From IMG/VR virus record IMGVR_UViG_3300012665_000817, positions 25,340 through 89,339 of that record: a stretch of DNA of 64,000 nucleotides; one strand, 5' to 3'. Shown one piece after another: positions 52,119 through 61,771 of this stretch (the stretch's first letter is position 1; the number at the start of each line of letters is the position of its first letter). Both the position numbers and the translations under genes were made by a program. The stretch comes from a virus. Lineage: Duplodnaviria; Caudoviricetes. The notes beneath the pieces were generated by a model. The model was not told where the DNA came from. It worked only from the letters and a program-made list of their open reading frames with translations, and did not search any database.

Positions 52119-54779
52119 GTGACAACAAACGCCGATAGATTTAAGAAAGCCACTGCTTGGTATGCAGCAAATGGTTGGGAAATCCTTCCTTGTCACGGCA
52201 TCGTTGATGGTCGTTGTACATGCGGTCAGTCTCACATGGAATCCAAAGATATTGGAAAACACCCAGCAATTAATGCATGGAACGTTGAATCTAGTTCTGA
52301 TATTGCAAAGGTGTATACATGGTGGGAAACAAACCCTGAATACAATATTGGTGTCAACTGTAAGTCGTCTGGTTTTCTTGTAATTGATATCGATCCACGA
52401 TCTGGTGGAGATCTTGCATATGACAAGTTTGAAGCATATGTAGAGGGAGCGCTTCCTCCAACTGTAGAAGCGACTACAGGACAATACGAAGTTAATGGAA
52501 AAATTATTCGTGGTCGCCATTTATTTTATAAGTGCGATGAAAATGAAGATTTAATTGGAAATCTTTCAAAGCTTGGCTTTAAAGGTATTGACGTAAAGCA
52601 CAACGGCTATGTTCTTATTGCTCCATCTCGTCACTTCTCTGGAATTACATATGAGTGGGTAGAAGGAAAAGAACCTTGGACTATACCTATTGCACAAGCA
52701 CCAGAAGAACTACTTATCCCTCTTAGAAAAAGAGGAAAAATTTCTGGAAGTAGCAGATATCAAACAGCAGACTGGGACTCACTTCTTGAAGACTCTATCA
52801 GTCAAGGCGTTGATGTAGATGGAATTCTTAACGAAGGAATTGATGAGGGTGAGAGAGCTGTAAAGCTTTTCCAACTTGCATGCTCTCTTGCAAATAAATT
52901 CCCCGTGCACACACCTGTGGGTCGTGAAGCTCTTATCTCATTTATGATTCGGTTTAATGGCGAGAAGGTTCGTCCTCCAATGCCGTTAGATGGACCTAAC
53001 TCCGTAATCATGCATACCGAGAGAGCGATTGATTTTGTTCAGAAAAATCCCATAATTGACAAGATCTGGCCTGGTGCTTCTGAGCATGCTCGATTAATGA
53101 CAGAGAACACTAAAAGAGAAAAACAAGCTTCTAATACTGGAGAGTTAGCTGCACTTACGGGTGTTGTTTATCCTGGTCAAGAGCAAAGTTCCAACGTTTA
53201 TTCTTCTGAAAATGATGAATATAGTTTAGAAGGAACTATTGGTGGAAGAATCTATGAGTCAATTAAAGATGGAATGTCTCTAGAAGAAGCCTCCTCTAAT
53301 AAAAATATGGGAGCTGTAGTAGATGTAGACGCAGTAAGAGAAGAGGATAGAGGTCCTGATTGGAAGGGCCGTTCTTTATCAGATACAGGTAATGGTCGTA
53401 GATTAATTGACTCTTTCGGTCAAGCACTTCGATACACACCAAGTCTTGGTTGGTTTGTATGGAGTAATGGTTACTGGAAGCCTGACGTAGAAGATCTTCA
53501 CATGCAAGAGACTGCTAAAAAACTTGGTGCTTTGATTGCTACTGAAGTTGCTAAGTGGGATCAATCTGCTCAAGCTCCAGTCATTGCGTGGGCTGCTCAA
53601 GCTAAATCTGAAGGAAGACTTAAAGCTGCAATAAAAAATGCAAACTCAGATCCAAGAATTCGTGTAGATGTCGAAAAGTGGGATCAGGATCCTAATTTAA
53701 TTGGAACTTTAAATGGTGTGGTTGATCTTCGCACTGGTGAGTTGCTAAAAGGTCGTCCAGATCTTTACATCACAAAGCGTGCTCCAGTTGCTTACACTCG
53801 AGGATTGACCAATATGCGTTGGCAACAATTTTTAGATTTTGCAACTGATGGAGATAAGGAATATCAGGATTGGATTCAGCGTGCTGTCGGATACTCGATG
53901 ACAGGCCATAATCAATACGACATTATGTTTTTAGTGTATGGACCTGCTGGTTCTGGTAAAAACACACTGGTGGAATCCATTGTTAAATGTTTAGGCAGTA
54001 GTCAGTATGCATATGCTATGGATTCTGGAGTTCTTTCAGCAGATGGTGGATCAAGTCATAATACGGATCTCTACCACTGGGCTGAAATGCGTGGTCGTAG
54101 ACTAGCTTGGGTAGATGAGCTTCCAGACAATGAACGTCTAAAAGAAAACGCAGTTAAGAAACTAACTGGTTCAGAAGAAATTACTGCTCGTTCTCCAGGA
54201 GAAAAGCCATTTACATTTAAGTCACAGATTAAGATGTGGATTACAACTAACCACAGACCAATCATCACAGATGATGCTATGTGGCGTCGTATTCGACCAA
54301 TTCCTATGTTAAAAACTCCAGAGCACTCTGACCCTACTTTGAAAGAGTATCTATTTGATCCAGAAGGTGGTCTCCCAGCTATCTTCTCTTGGGCAGTAGA
54401 AGGTGCAATAAAAGTGCTCGGTTCTAGTCAAAGAGACGGCCTTGGCTGGTGTAAGGTCGTATCTGAAGCAGCGGAGATGTATCGTAAGAATGAAGACAGA
54501 ATTGCTTTGTTCCTAGATGAAGAAACTGTTAAGGCTGAAGGTACAAGTATCCTAGTTAAAGCTCTATTCCTTCACTACCGTAACTGGAGTGAGGACCGTG
54601 GAGAGCGTCCTCTTACTCAGATTGGGTTTGACCGTAAGCTTCGTGAGCGTAACCTCAAAGTGGAGGGCAGCGGTGCTAATGCTGTACTTCACGGAATGTA
54701 TAAGGCTCCAGCTCCTGTACCTATTACCAACCTCCATGGAGATGTTAATTGGATGGAAGTGGGAAGATTTAATAGATAA
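52119..54779 (+). CDS. bifunctional Prim-Pol primase / P4-D5-type SF3 helicase
   Basis: GKHP, NIGV...VIDIDPR, GRHLFY and GYVLIAPSRH in the primase part. D5_N-like SDTGNGRRL. Walker A GPAGSGKN and Walker B AWVDE. Confidence 0.93.
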   Translation: MTTNADRFKKATAWYAANGWEILPCHGIVDGRCTCGQSHMESKDIGKHPAINAWNVESSSDIAKVYTWWETNPEYNIGVNCKSSGFLVIDIDPRSGGDLAYDKFEAYVEGALPPTVEATTGQYEVNGKIIRGRHLFYKCDENEDLIGNLSKLGFKGIDVKHNGYVLIAPSRHFSGITYEWVEGKEPWTIPIAQAPEELLIPLRKRGKISGSSRYQTADWDSLLEDSISQGVDVDGILNEGIDEGERAVKLFQLACSLANKFPVHTPVGREALISFMIRFNGEKVRPPMPLDGPNSVIMHTERAIDFVQKNPIIDKIWPGASEHARLMTENTKREKQASNTGELAALTGVVYPGQEQSSNVYSSENDEYSLEGTIGGRIYESIKDGMSLEEASSNKNMGAVVDVDAVREEDRGPDWKGRSLSDTGNGRRLIDSFGQALRYTPSLGWFVWSNGYWKPDVEDLHMQETAKKLGALIATEVAKWDQSAQAPVIAWAAQAKSEGRLKAAIKNANSDPRIRVDVEKWDQDPNLIGTLNGVVDLRTGELLKGRPDLYITKRAPVAYTRGLTNMRWQQFLDFATDGDKEYQDWIQRAVGYSMTGHNQYDIMFLVYGPAGSGKNTLVESIVKCLGSSQYAYAMDSGVLSADGGSSHNTDLYHWAEMRGRRLAWVDELPDNERLKENAVKKLTGSEEITARSPGEKPFTFKSQIKMWITTNHRPIITDDAMWRRIRPIPMLKTPEHSDPTLKEYLFDPEGGLPAIFSWAVEGAIKVLGSSQRDGLGWCKVVSEAAEMYRKNEDRIALFLDEETVKAEGTSILVKALFLHYRNWSEDRGERPLTQIGFDRKLRERNLKVEGSGANAVLHGMYKAPAPVPITNLHGDVNWMEVGRFNR

Positions 54780-54812
54780 TCACCATTTCTAGACTCCTGT
54801 ATCTTTTATGAT

Positions 54813-55220
54813 ATGTATGAATATCGTGTAAAGAAAGTTACAGGGGTCGTCGATGGCGACACTATCGATGTCGAGCTAGATCTTGGCTTCAATATTTCCT
54901 ATTCTCAGAGAGTTCGTCTTGCTGGTATTGATACCCCCGAGTCAAGAACTACAGATAAAAAAGAAAAAGCTCTAGGTCTTGAATCTAAGCAGCGTCTAAA
55001 AGATGTTCTTTCAAAAGCTCAAGTTATCGTTATCAGAACAGAGCTACCTGATAGCTCAGAAAAGTACGGTCGTATTCTTGGCTGGCTCTTTTTAGATGGA
55101 GCAGAGAAATCTGTTAACGAAGCTCTTGTTGCAGACGGATATGCTTGGGGATATCTAGGAGATACAAAAGTTAAAAACTTTGAAGAGCTTGCTGCTAAAA
55201 GAAAACTGTCTAACCCTTAG
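54813..55220 (+). CDS. SNase/thermonuclease-like nuclease
   Basis: VVDGDTI, RVRLAGIDTPE, KYGRILG and VNEALV..GYA. Confidence 0.9.
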   Translation: MYEYRVKKVTGVVDGDTIDVELDLGFNISYSQRVRLAGIDTPESRTTDKKEKALGLESKQRLKDVLSKAQVIVIRTELPDSSEKYGRILGWLFLDGAEKSVNEALVADGYAWGYLGDTKVKNFEELAAKRKLSNP

Positions 55221-56622
55221 GACTAAACACTCTAGCTCCACCACCTCCGCCACCTCTAAATGGCGGTAGTCGTCTTGCAGATGGAGACTTTGCGGTGATG
55301 CGGCCACCAGTAAAACCTTCAGGTGGTTTAATCATCAATGCGGTAAGTGCGTGCACTAATGCATCCACACGGTCTGGAGATTTTGTGTCTCCTGGAATCC
55401 ATGCAGTCATTTGTGATTCAAGATCTGCTAAATATCCAATGTGGTGAACACGGCCTTGCTCATATGCAAGAACTGTTGGCTCGGCACGCAATGCCTTGCC
55501 GTATTTTGAGTGAACTTCTAAAACTTTAACATTTGGGTCAATAGCATTAATTGCTTGACGAACCAAGGCTCCACCTTGATTTACTTCAGCAACTACAGGA
55601 CATCCCCATCTACGAGCCATCTCTACAACTTTATTTGCCCACACTTCAGGTGATCCATGAACTGTTGCGTCTTCAAGTACCCAAGCGTGGCGCTTATATA
55701 AATCTCTATCAGCTGTTGCAGCGCATACAACAATTCCGCATTCGTCTCGTGGATTTTCTGCAACTGACGGGTCAACACCAATAACACGCAACGGTGCTTG
55801 CGGTGGAAGAACTCCATGCCGCGAAGCTTCAATCATTTCAATAGTCCATAATGCACCTTCAACATCTGAAAGCATCTCACCATAAAGTTCTTGAGCAGCA
55901 AGTCTAGTTCCCGCATAAACACCAGTGATTGTGTCAAGATATGTTGAGCTAAGGTTTCCAGCGTTGTCCATTGTGCTACCACGACTAATTACTACCTTGC
56001 CAGTTTTTTCTGCTTCAGACATAAGTGAGTAAAGAAGTGGAACACGCTTTGGTGTTGTAGTGACCATAATCTGTGGAGATGATCCAAGACGAGTACCAAC
56101 ACGCAAGTTATCAAAAGCTGTCATACCTGCGGCATCTGGAGTTTGACGCCAAGCTGCAATTTCGTCTCCCCAAGCGTGTGTGAACTGCGGACCACGGAGA
56201 GAGTCTGGTTCGTCAGCAGTAAAACAAGTTGCGGTGTTTCCATTAGGCCAAGTCAGTCGGCGCTTCGATGGTTCATATAGTGGACGCTCACTTGGTGGCG
56301 TCACATTCATAATTCCTGATTCACCTTCAACAATAACGTCACGAACATCTGCTGCAGTACGAGCAACGAGTGCAAAGCGACGCTGACCTGTTGTTGTGTA
56401 TTTTGCTTGCTCTCTTACCCATTCGGACGCAGAGCGGGTCTTACCCGCTCCACGTCCTGCAAGGTAAATCCAAATATTCCAATCGCCATCAGGAGCAATT
56501 TGCTCTGGTCGACCCCACATTCGCCAATCCCATTTGACGGCTTCCATATCAAGATCAGCCAGAATTGCATTGCGTTCTTCTTCTGGAAGAAGAGCAATGT
56601 GCTCCATCATGCTTTTAGCCAT
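55210..56622 (-). CDS. terL: terminase large subunit
   Basis: Walker A AGRGAGKT, LRGPQF..AWGDE, nuclease IGVDPS and SPDRVDALVHA. Confidence 0.95.
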   Translation of the reverse strand: MAKSMMEHIALLPEEERNAILADLDMEAVKWDWRMWGRPEQIAPDGDWNIWIYLAGRGAGKTRSASEWVREQAKYTTTGQRRFALVARTAADVRDVIVEGESGIMNVTPPSERPLYEPSKRRLTWPNGNTATCFTADEPDSLRGPQFTHAWGDEIAAWRQTPDAAGMTAFDNLRVGTRLGSSPQIMVTTTPKRVPLLYSLMSEAEKTGKVVISRGSTMDNAGNLSSTYLDTITGVYAGTRLAAQELYGEMLSDVEGALWTIEMIEASRHGVLPPQAPLRVIGVDPSVAENPRDECGIVVCAATADRDLYKRHAWVLEDATVHGSPEVWANKVVEMARRWGCPVVAEVNQGGALVRQAINAIDPNVKVLEVHSKYGKALRAEPTVLAYEQGRVHHIGYLADLESQMTAWIPGDTKSPDRVDALVHALTALMIKPPEGFTGGRITAKSPSARRLPPFRGGGGGGARVFSPKG

Positions 56623-56628
56623 TACTAC

Positions 56629-57087
56629 CTAACCTATGCGCTGAAGACTTCTTTGTACTCCATAGTATAGAGGTGCAGCCGAACTTAGACCCATCGCTTT
56701 TGCAAGGTTAGAAAGGGAAATTCCAGACTGATATTCTTTAGCAAGTTGGTCGTGATACGAATCCACGCTCTCATTCTTTGCTTGAATTACACGCTTTGCT
56801 GCTTCTTGAACTTGTTCTGGTGTTAGACGAATAGATGTCTTTTCTCTTGACACTGCCACATCATCCATAACTACACGACGACGCACACCTGCGTAAGCAA
56901 CCTTAAGTTCTTTAGCTAACTTTGGAAGGCTTCCGCCACGCTTATGAAACTCAATAAGAAGTCTTGTATATTCACGACTTGCGTTGTGAGCTGGTGTTTG
57001 TTGCTCTCTTGATCCATAAGCCTTCTTTGCTAAAGGCAGGATCGGTTCAATCTTTGCTTTATATTCTTGTACAAGCTCTGCGTTCAT
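56629..57087 (-). CDS. tandem-HTH DNA-binding protein (possible small terminase or regulator)
   Basis: Two HTH-like units (GGSLPKLAKEL..Y.GV and GISLSNLAKAM..YYGV), immediately upstream of terL. Confidence 0.6.
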   Translation of the reverse strand: MNAELVQEYKAKIEPILPLAKKAYGSREQQTPAHNASREYTRLLIEFHKRGGSLPKLAKELKVAYAGVRRRVVMDDVAVSREKTSIRLTPEQVQEAAKRVIQAKNESVDSYHDQLAKEYQSGISLSNLAKAMGLSSAAPLYYGVQRSLQRIG

Positions 57088-57125
57088 TATGTCTCCGATT
57101 ATGTCTCTGGCGTGTGTCAGAGTCT

Positions 57126-57155
57126 ATTCTAGACATAAGTAGTAGGATAAGTCAA
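57126..57155 (-). promoter_or_regulatory. SigA/sigma70-type promoter for the HTH-terL operon
   Basis: TTGACT-18 bp-TAGAAT on the - strand. Confidence 0.65.
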
Positions 57156-57161
57156 ATAGGG

Positions 57162-57338
57162 TTATTCGTCATCGTCACGAGCGTTGCGAAGTGGGTATGT
57201 AGCCCACCAGACAACCATCGCAAAAATGATGGCATAGCCTACGATTGTCTTTGCAGACCCATCAAGAACTAGCCAAGCAATAAACATGCCTAGCAAGGTC
57301 CAGACCTGATCAATGACATCTCTTAGGAAGTCCTTCAT
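57162..57338 (-). CDS. 58-aa two-TM membrane protein (below track cut-off)
   Basis: AAGGAG SD and an ATGA overlap with the 1234-aa gene. Sequence MKDFLRDVIDQVWTLLGMFIAWLVLDGSAKTIVGYAIIFAMVVWWATYPLRNARDDDE*. Confidence 0.8.
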   Translation of the reverse strand: MKDFLRDVIDQVWTLLGMFIAWLVLDGSAKTIVGYAIIFAMVVWWATYPLRNARDDDE

Positions 57339-60300
57339 GGCTTTCTCCTTCTCGTTGCTGATCCTCCAGACGGAGCTCCTCCGCCTGACCCACCGCCACT
57401 GCCACCACCGCTAGATGATCCAGTACCGCCTGTAGCTGCTCCTGCTGCAGTTACAGCAGCGGCTACTGCCTGTCCTGCAACAACTGTAGCCAAAACCATT
57501 TTCTCTGCTTCTTCACGTTCTTCTTCAGACATATCTGCACCAAGACTTGTAAGTGCAAGTAGCGCCTGTGAAGGGTCAGTAAATATTGCATCTACCAATG
57601 CGCCTGGATCAGCAATCAATTCTAGCGCTGCTGCTACCTCAGCGATAATGATAATCTCATTACCATTCTCATCTTGACGTACCTCAACAGGGGTCTCTGC
57701 AGGTAGGTCTTCGTACCCGATTCCAGCGTCTTGGATCTGTTCTTTAGTTAAAGTTTCACCGGGTGCAACTGACTCAATAAGGGCGTCTGCAACAAGATCT
57801 TTTTCAGCTTCTGTTAGTTTTCCATCAGCAGCTAAAACCTCAGAAAGATTGTTAACTTCATCTTTAGTAACTTCACCATCTGCATTGAGAGCATCAAGAA
57901 TTTTTTCAGCATCAGCAGAACTCAACTTGCCATCACTAATAACATCTTCTACAGCAGCATCAATCTCTTCTTCTGTAGTTTCTGCTGGAGGTTCCTCTGC
58001 AGGAGGCTCTTCTGCAGGTGGCTCTTCAGCAGGTGGCTCTTCTGCTGGAGGCTCCTCTGCAGGTGGTTCTTCAGCAGGTGGCTCCTCTGCAGGTGGTTCT
58101 TCAGCAGGTGGCTCTTCTGCTGGAGGCTCTGGCTCTACAGGAGGTTCAACAGGTGGCTGCTCTGGTTCTGGTTCTGGTTCTACAGGAGGAGGAGGTGGAG
58201 GTGGAGGAGTTAGATCGTCAACAAAAACTTGAGTAGCAACTATCTCTGAGTATTTGGCTAATGAATCATTATCTGATCTAACGCTTATTTGATAAGTATT
58301 ATCTAATCCGCCAGTAGTTTCAAACAAAGCTGCTGAAAGAACAATACTTGTATTCAGAGCATTAGCATCTCCTGGGTTACCAGTCGCTACAGCCCAACCG
58401 CTACCTCCTATAGACCAAGAGATTGCATAACGTTCTGGTGTGATTACACCTGTTGGTGGATCCCATGAGACTTGAATGTCACCACTACTCAGTTGAGTAA
58501 CAACAACATTACTTGGTGCCCCAATTGGACTTTGAAGAATTACCTCTTGCGCTACAACTGTTTGTGCAGTCTGTACAGCTGCTATTGCTTCGACTGTCTC
58601 TGTAATTGCTGTCTGAGCTAGGGTTACTGCAGTATCCATAGCCTGAACTGCTTGCTCAGCTACAACTAAATTCTGCTGTGCTCCTACTAGGTTTTGCTGT
58701 GCAACATCTTCCTCTAAATCTAAAACTTCAAGTTCATCCTGCTCTTGAGTAAGAACAGTTTCTGCTGCTGCCAAAGTAGCTAGCTGTGTTGGAGTGGCAG
58801 ATGTAGTAGTAAATTCTGAACCTGGAATTACTTCCCATCCATTATCTGTAAAGCGCATTAAAGCTACAGAAGCTCCGCCACCATTTTCGTAATACCAAAA
58901 CTCAAAGACTTTCCCTACTCCAGCAGTTGTTTCTACATCGGCTGTAGAGCCGCCACCACCTTTGTCATACCAGTCATTTATAACAAGCTCTCCATCAAGG
59001 TAAAGCTTCGTGCCATCATCTGCTGGTGCATGAAGATACTGAGTCCCCGTTGTTTCAGGAGTCCAGTTACCTGTGTATTTAACAACTACATCTTCATTAC
59101 GGTATGAGCCAGCAACTGTTCCGCTACCCCACTGCTCATTAATTCCGTTTGTATCTATAGTGGTATGGATAGGGACAGCATTTGTAGGAAGAGTTGGAGC
59201 GTTGTTTTGCCCATTAACGCTGTATACCTCTACCTTTAGTCCAGAAGATGTAGCAGCATCGACTACTGCTTGAGCAGTAGCTTCTGTTGTAGTTGCAGCA
59301 GCAACAACAACTTCTTGAGCATCTACTGCTGCTTGCGCTTGTGCTAAAACCTCTGTTTTATCTGTAACTACTGCTGTTGCTGCTTCAACTGTAGGGGCTG
59401 TTTCTGCTAAAGTCACTGCAGTCTGCATAGCAGTCTGTGCTGCTTCAACTGCTTCTTGAGCTTCAACCACTGCATCTACAGCAGCATCAACTACTGCAAC
59501 TATTTCTGGCTTTTGTAGTGGTAGTGCGTCTGAAGAAGTAACTACTGTTTGTAGTGTATTAGAAACAGTCTCTACTGCTGCTGCAGACACAACGATCTGA
59601 GTTTCAGCAACTGCAACTACTGCCTCTGCTACAGCAGTGACTGCTGTCTCCACTGATGCAACGGCAGTTGTAGTAGCAGCTGTAGCCGCTGTCTCAGCTG
59701 TATCTACAGCTGTTTGAGCAATAGTTTGCGTTGTTTGTAAAGTTGCAAGAGTTGTTTGTTCTGTAGAAAGAGTTGCCTGAGCAGCATTAGCAGCAACGTG
59801 AGCTGCGCCCCACGCTGCATGAGATGCATCACGAACTGCTAGCTGTGCGTCATGGGCAGCCTGTGCTGAAGCAAGAGCAGCAGTTGCTGCTTCTGCTGCT
59901 GCTACTAGAGCAGGATCTGATGTTGTTTTTGTTACAGCAATATTGTCTACAACATAATAATCATTGTCTTTTGTGATAGTAACTGTTTGGATGTTTGTTC
60001 CAGTAACAGTCTCTGTTGAAGTGTATTGAATTGCTTGTGTCTGTTGAGAAACGTTATTGTTGATTACCTCTGTATTAGTTGTTCCATCTGCATTTGTTGC
60101 AGTCATAGTTGTATCGCCATTTTTGGCATACACGCCCATAGTCACAGAAGTAACAGTTCCCTGACCTGAAGGATTTACATTGATAACAACATCATTAGTT
60201 GGGTTCATAAGAACAAGAGCTGGACCAGCTGTTTGAGGTGTATTCCAAGGTCCACTAATTGATACATTACTGGTTGGTGTTGTTGTGACTGAAACTTCAT

Positions 60301-61039
60301 TAGCAGTAATTGTTACAACGCTAGTAGTGTTATTAGCAAAAGTTTCTGTAACTGTTGTAGTTGTATTTGTTGTTGCTGCCTCTGCTGCTGCATTTGCTGC
60401 TGTAGTTTGAGCAGTGGAAAGTGTAGAAGTTGCAGTCCCTAGATTTGCATTCTCTTGATAAAAAGTTGTTGTTGCAGTATTTACTGCTGCCTCAGCTGTG
60501 GAGACCGCTGTGGTTGCTTGCGCTACTACTGCTGTCTGGGATACAACTGTGGCTGTTGCTTCAGTTAAAGTTTGGTTTGCAGCCTCTGATGTTGCAACCG
60601 CTGTTTCTGCTGCTACAACTGCTGTACTTGCTGCTTGAGTATTAGTATCTGCTGATGCTACTGAGCTAGTTGCATTTTCAACAGATTGTGTGACGACTGT
60701 GGAAGGTTGAGCTATCGATGATGCTACCTCCGCAATTTGAGTGATTTTTGTTTCTAGTGTTGTTACAGTAGACTCTGCCGTTGCTACAGCAGTTGACGCT
60801 TCAGCTAGTGGACCTTGCGTTGGTACCACTGAAGTGTCTGTTGGGATCACCTCCGACGACGCACTGGATACTGCATTAGTGTTTCCAGTACCTCCTTGAT
60901 CTTGAGGAACTACGTCCTCAGCGATAGCGGCTGATGGGTTAAGTATCCCATAAATTACAGAAGTTATTGGGACAGCAAGAATGTAAGAGATGGCTTTAGC
61001 GCCAATCCTTACTTTAACTTTGCGTAAACGAGGACGCAC
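57335..61039 (-). CDS. secreted, C-terminally anchored surface protein (PA14 + FN3 + Pro/Glu repeats)
   Basis: Sec-type signal (basic n-region, h-region, A-I-A|E at residue 40/41). Ala/Thr coils, PA14-like ADDGTKLYLDG...YYENGGGA, FN3-like VSWDPP...Y.ISW, (EEPPA)n, a hydrophobic tail and RRRKP. Confidence 0.82.
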   Translation of the reverse strand: MRPRLRKVKVRIGAKAISYILAVPITSVIYGILNPSAAIAEDVVPQDQGGTGNTNAVSSASSEVIPTDTSVVPTQGPLAEASTAVATAESTVTTLETKITQIAEVASSIAQPSTVVTQSVENATSSVASADTNTQAASTAVVAAETAVATSEAANQTLTEATATVVSQTAVVAQATTAVSTAEAAVNTATTTFYQENANLGTATSTLSTAQTTAANAAAEAATTNTTTTVTETFANNTTSVVTITANEVSVTTTPTSNVSISGPWNTPQTAGPALVLMNPTNDVVINVNPSGQGTVTSVTMGVYAKNGDTTMTATNADGTTNTEVINNNVSQQTQAIQYTSTETVTGTNIQTVTITKDNDYYVVDNIAVTKTTSDPALVAAAEAATAALASAQAAHDAQLAVRDASHAAWGAAHVAANAAQATLSTEQTTLATLQTTQTIAQTAVDTAETAATAATTTAVASVETAVTAVAEAVVAVAETQIVVSAAAVETVSNTLQTVVTSSDALPLQKPEIVAVVDAAVDAVVEAQEAVEAAQTAMQTAVTLAETAPTVEAATAVVTDKTEVLAQAQAAVDAQEVVVAAATTTEATAQAVVDAATSSGLKVEVYSVNGQNNAPTLPTNAVPIHTTIDTNGINEQWGSGTVAGSYRNEDVVVKYTGNWTPETTGTQYLHAPADDGTKLYLDGELVINDWYDKGGGGSTADVETTAGVGKVFEFWYYENGGGASVALMRFTDNGWEVIPGSEFTTTSATPTQLATLAAAETVLTQEQDELEVLDLEEDVAQQNLVGAQQNLVVAEQAVQAMDTAVTLAQTAITETVEAIAAVQTAQTVVAQEVILQSPIGAPSNVVVTQLSSGDIQVSWDPPTGVITPERYAISWSIGGSGWAVATGNPGDANALNTSIVLSAALFETTGGLDNTYQISVRSDNDSLAKYSEIVATQVFVDDLTPPPPPPPPVEPEPEPEQPPVEPPVEPEPPAEEPPAEEPPAEEPPAEEPPAEEPPAEEPPAEEPPAEEPPAEEPPAETTEEEIDAAVEDVISDGKLSSADAEKILDALNADGEVTKDEVNNLSEVLAADGKLTEAEKDLVADALIESVAPGETLTKEQIQDAGIGYEDLPAETPVEVRQDENGNEIIIIAEVAAALELIADPGALVDAIFTDPSQALLALTSLGADMSEEEREEAEKMVLATVVAGQAVAAAVTAAGAATGGTGSSSGGGSGGGSGGGAPSGGSATRRRKP
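57981..58130 (-). repeat. 10 tandem 15-bp units encoding (E/P)EPPA
   Basis: tc(t/a)gc(t/a)gg(a/t)gg(t/c)tc(c/t) x10, with synonymous variation. Confidence 0.9.
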
Positions 61040-61065
61040 TTAGTAAACCCCCAGCGTAGGGCCAA

Positions 61066-61113
61066 TAGTTAGTGCAAGTTAGTGTCCGTAACCTGCGTAA
61101 CTAATTATAAACT
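61066..61113. promoter_or_regulatory. 48-bp dyad-symmetric site abutting the recombinase stop codon
   Basis: TAGTTA(61066)/TAACTA(61108) and AGTTA(61077)/TAACT(61098) are both symmetric about the central TA at 61089-61090. A TATAAT (- strand) lies at 61104-61109. Confidence 0.45.
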
Positions 61114-61771
61114 AAGCGTTTTGCTTCCTTAAATAAACATGTCGTACAGTGGATGCGTACCACTTAGCTCCGCCTTGTACTGTTGGAATTGCTTCATTAT
61201 TTAGGTTATCAGCAATAGTTTTATAAGAAAGACCTGCATCTCTCTCTAAAAGTATTCTTTCTCTAATGCTTTCTTCTACTTGTGGAAGTGGTCCTAAGTC
61301 AACTCCCCAAACCTTTTTATTGTCTCTTCTGTCCTTGTGAACATCTTTTTGACGCATGGAAATCATTCCACGCTCCATCTCAGCCATTGCAGACATAATT
61401 GTTACAACAAATCTTCCTTGATAAGTTCCAGTATCTAAACCAAGATCTAGTAACGCTAAACGCCATTCATACTTATGTGAGCGATCAACAATACTTAAGA
61501 AGTCACGAGTAGAACGAGCAAGGCGATCAAGACGGGTTACAAAAAGTGCTTTAGCTTTTCCTGCATCTAAGTCTTCTAAAGCTTGTCGTAGAACAGGGCG
61601 ACCAGTAATACTTTTACCAGAACGACCTTCTTCTCTAAGGATGACAGCTTCATATCCTGCTAGCTCTGCTGCAGCAATAAGTTGCTTCTCTTGAGCACCA
61701 AGACTCATGCCATCCTCTGCTTGCATTTGAGTAGATACTCGTGCATAGCAATAGGCAATACCTTCACTCAC
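61112..61771 (-). CDS. serine recombinase (catalytic domain + short recombinase-type DNA-binding domain)
   Basis: YARVST, EEGRSG...RP.L, TRLDRLAR and MAEMER. The C-terminal GLSYKTIADNLN..IPT..GG.KWYASTVR has no zinc-ribbon or coiled-coil extension. Confidence 0.9.
   Translation of the reverse strand: MSEGIAYCYARVSTQMQAEDGMSLGAQEKQLIAAAELAGYEAVILREEGRSGKSITGRPVLRQALEDLDAGKAKALFVTRLDRLARSTRDFLSIVDRSHKYEWRLALLDLGLDTGTYQGRFVVTIMSAMAEMERGMISMRQKDVHKDRRDNKKVWGVDLGPLPQVEESIRERILLERDAGLSYKTIADNLNNEAIPTVQGGAKWYASTVRHVYLRKQNA

Noticed and set aside
57981-58130. Possible CRISPR-like or other spaced array
   Set aside because: The units are contiguous 15-mers with no spacers, vary only at synonymous sites, and are a coding repeat.
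57849-58232. (SAGGS)n ORF on the + strand
   Set aside because: Reverse-frame reading of the EEPPA repeat.
61112-61771. IS607-like or Tn3-like mobile element
   Set aside because: No N-terminal HTH, TnpB, transposase or terminal repeats. The gene is coupled within a phage operon.
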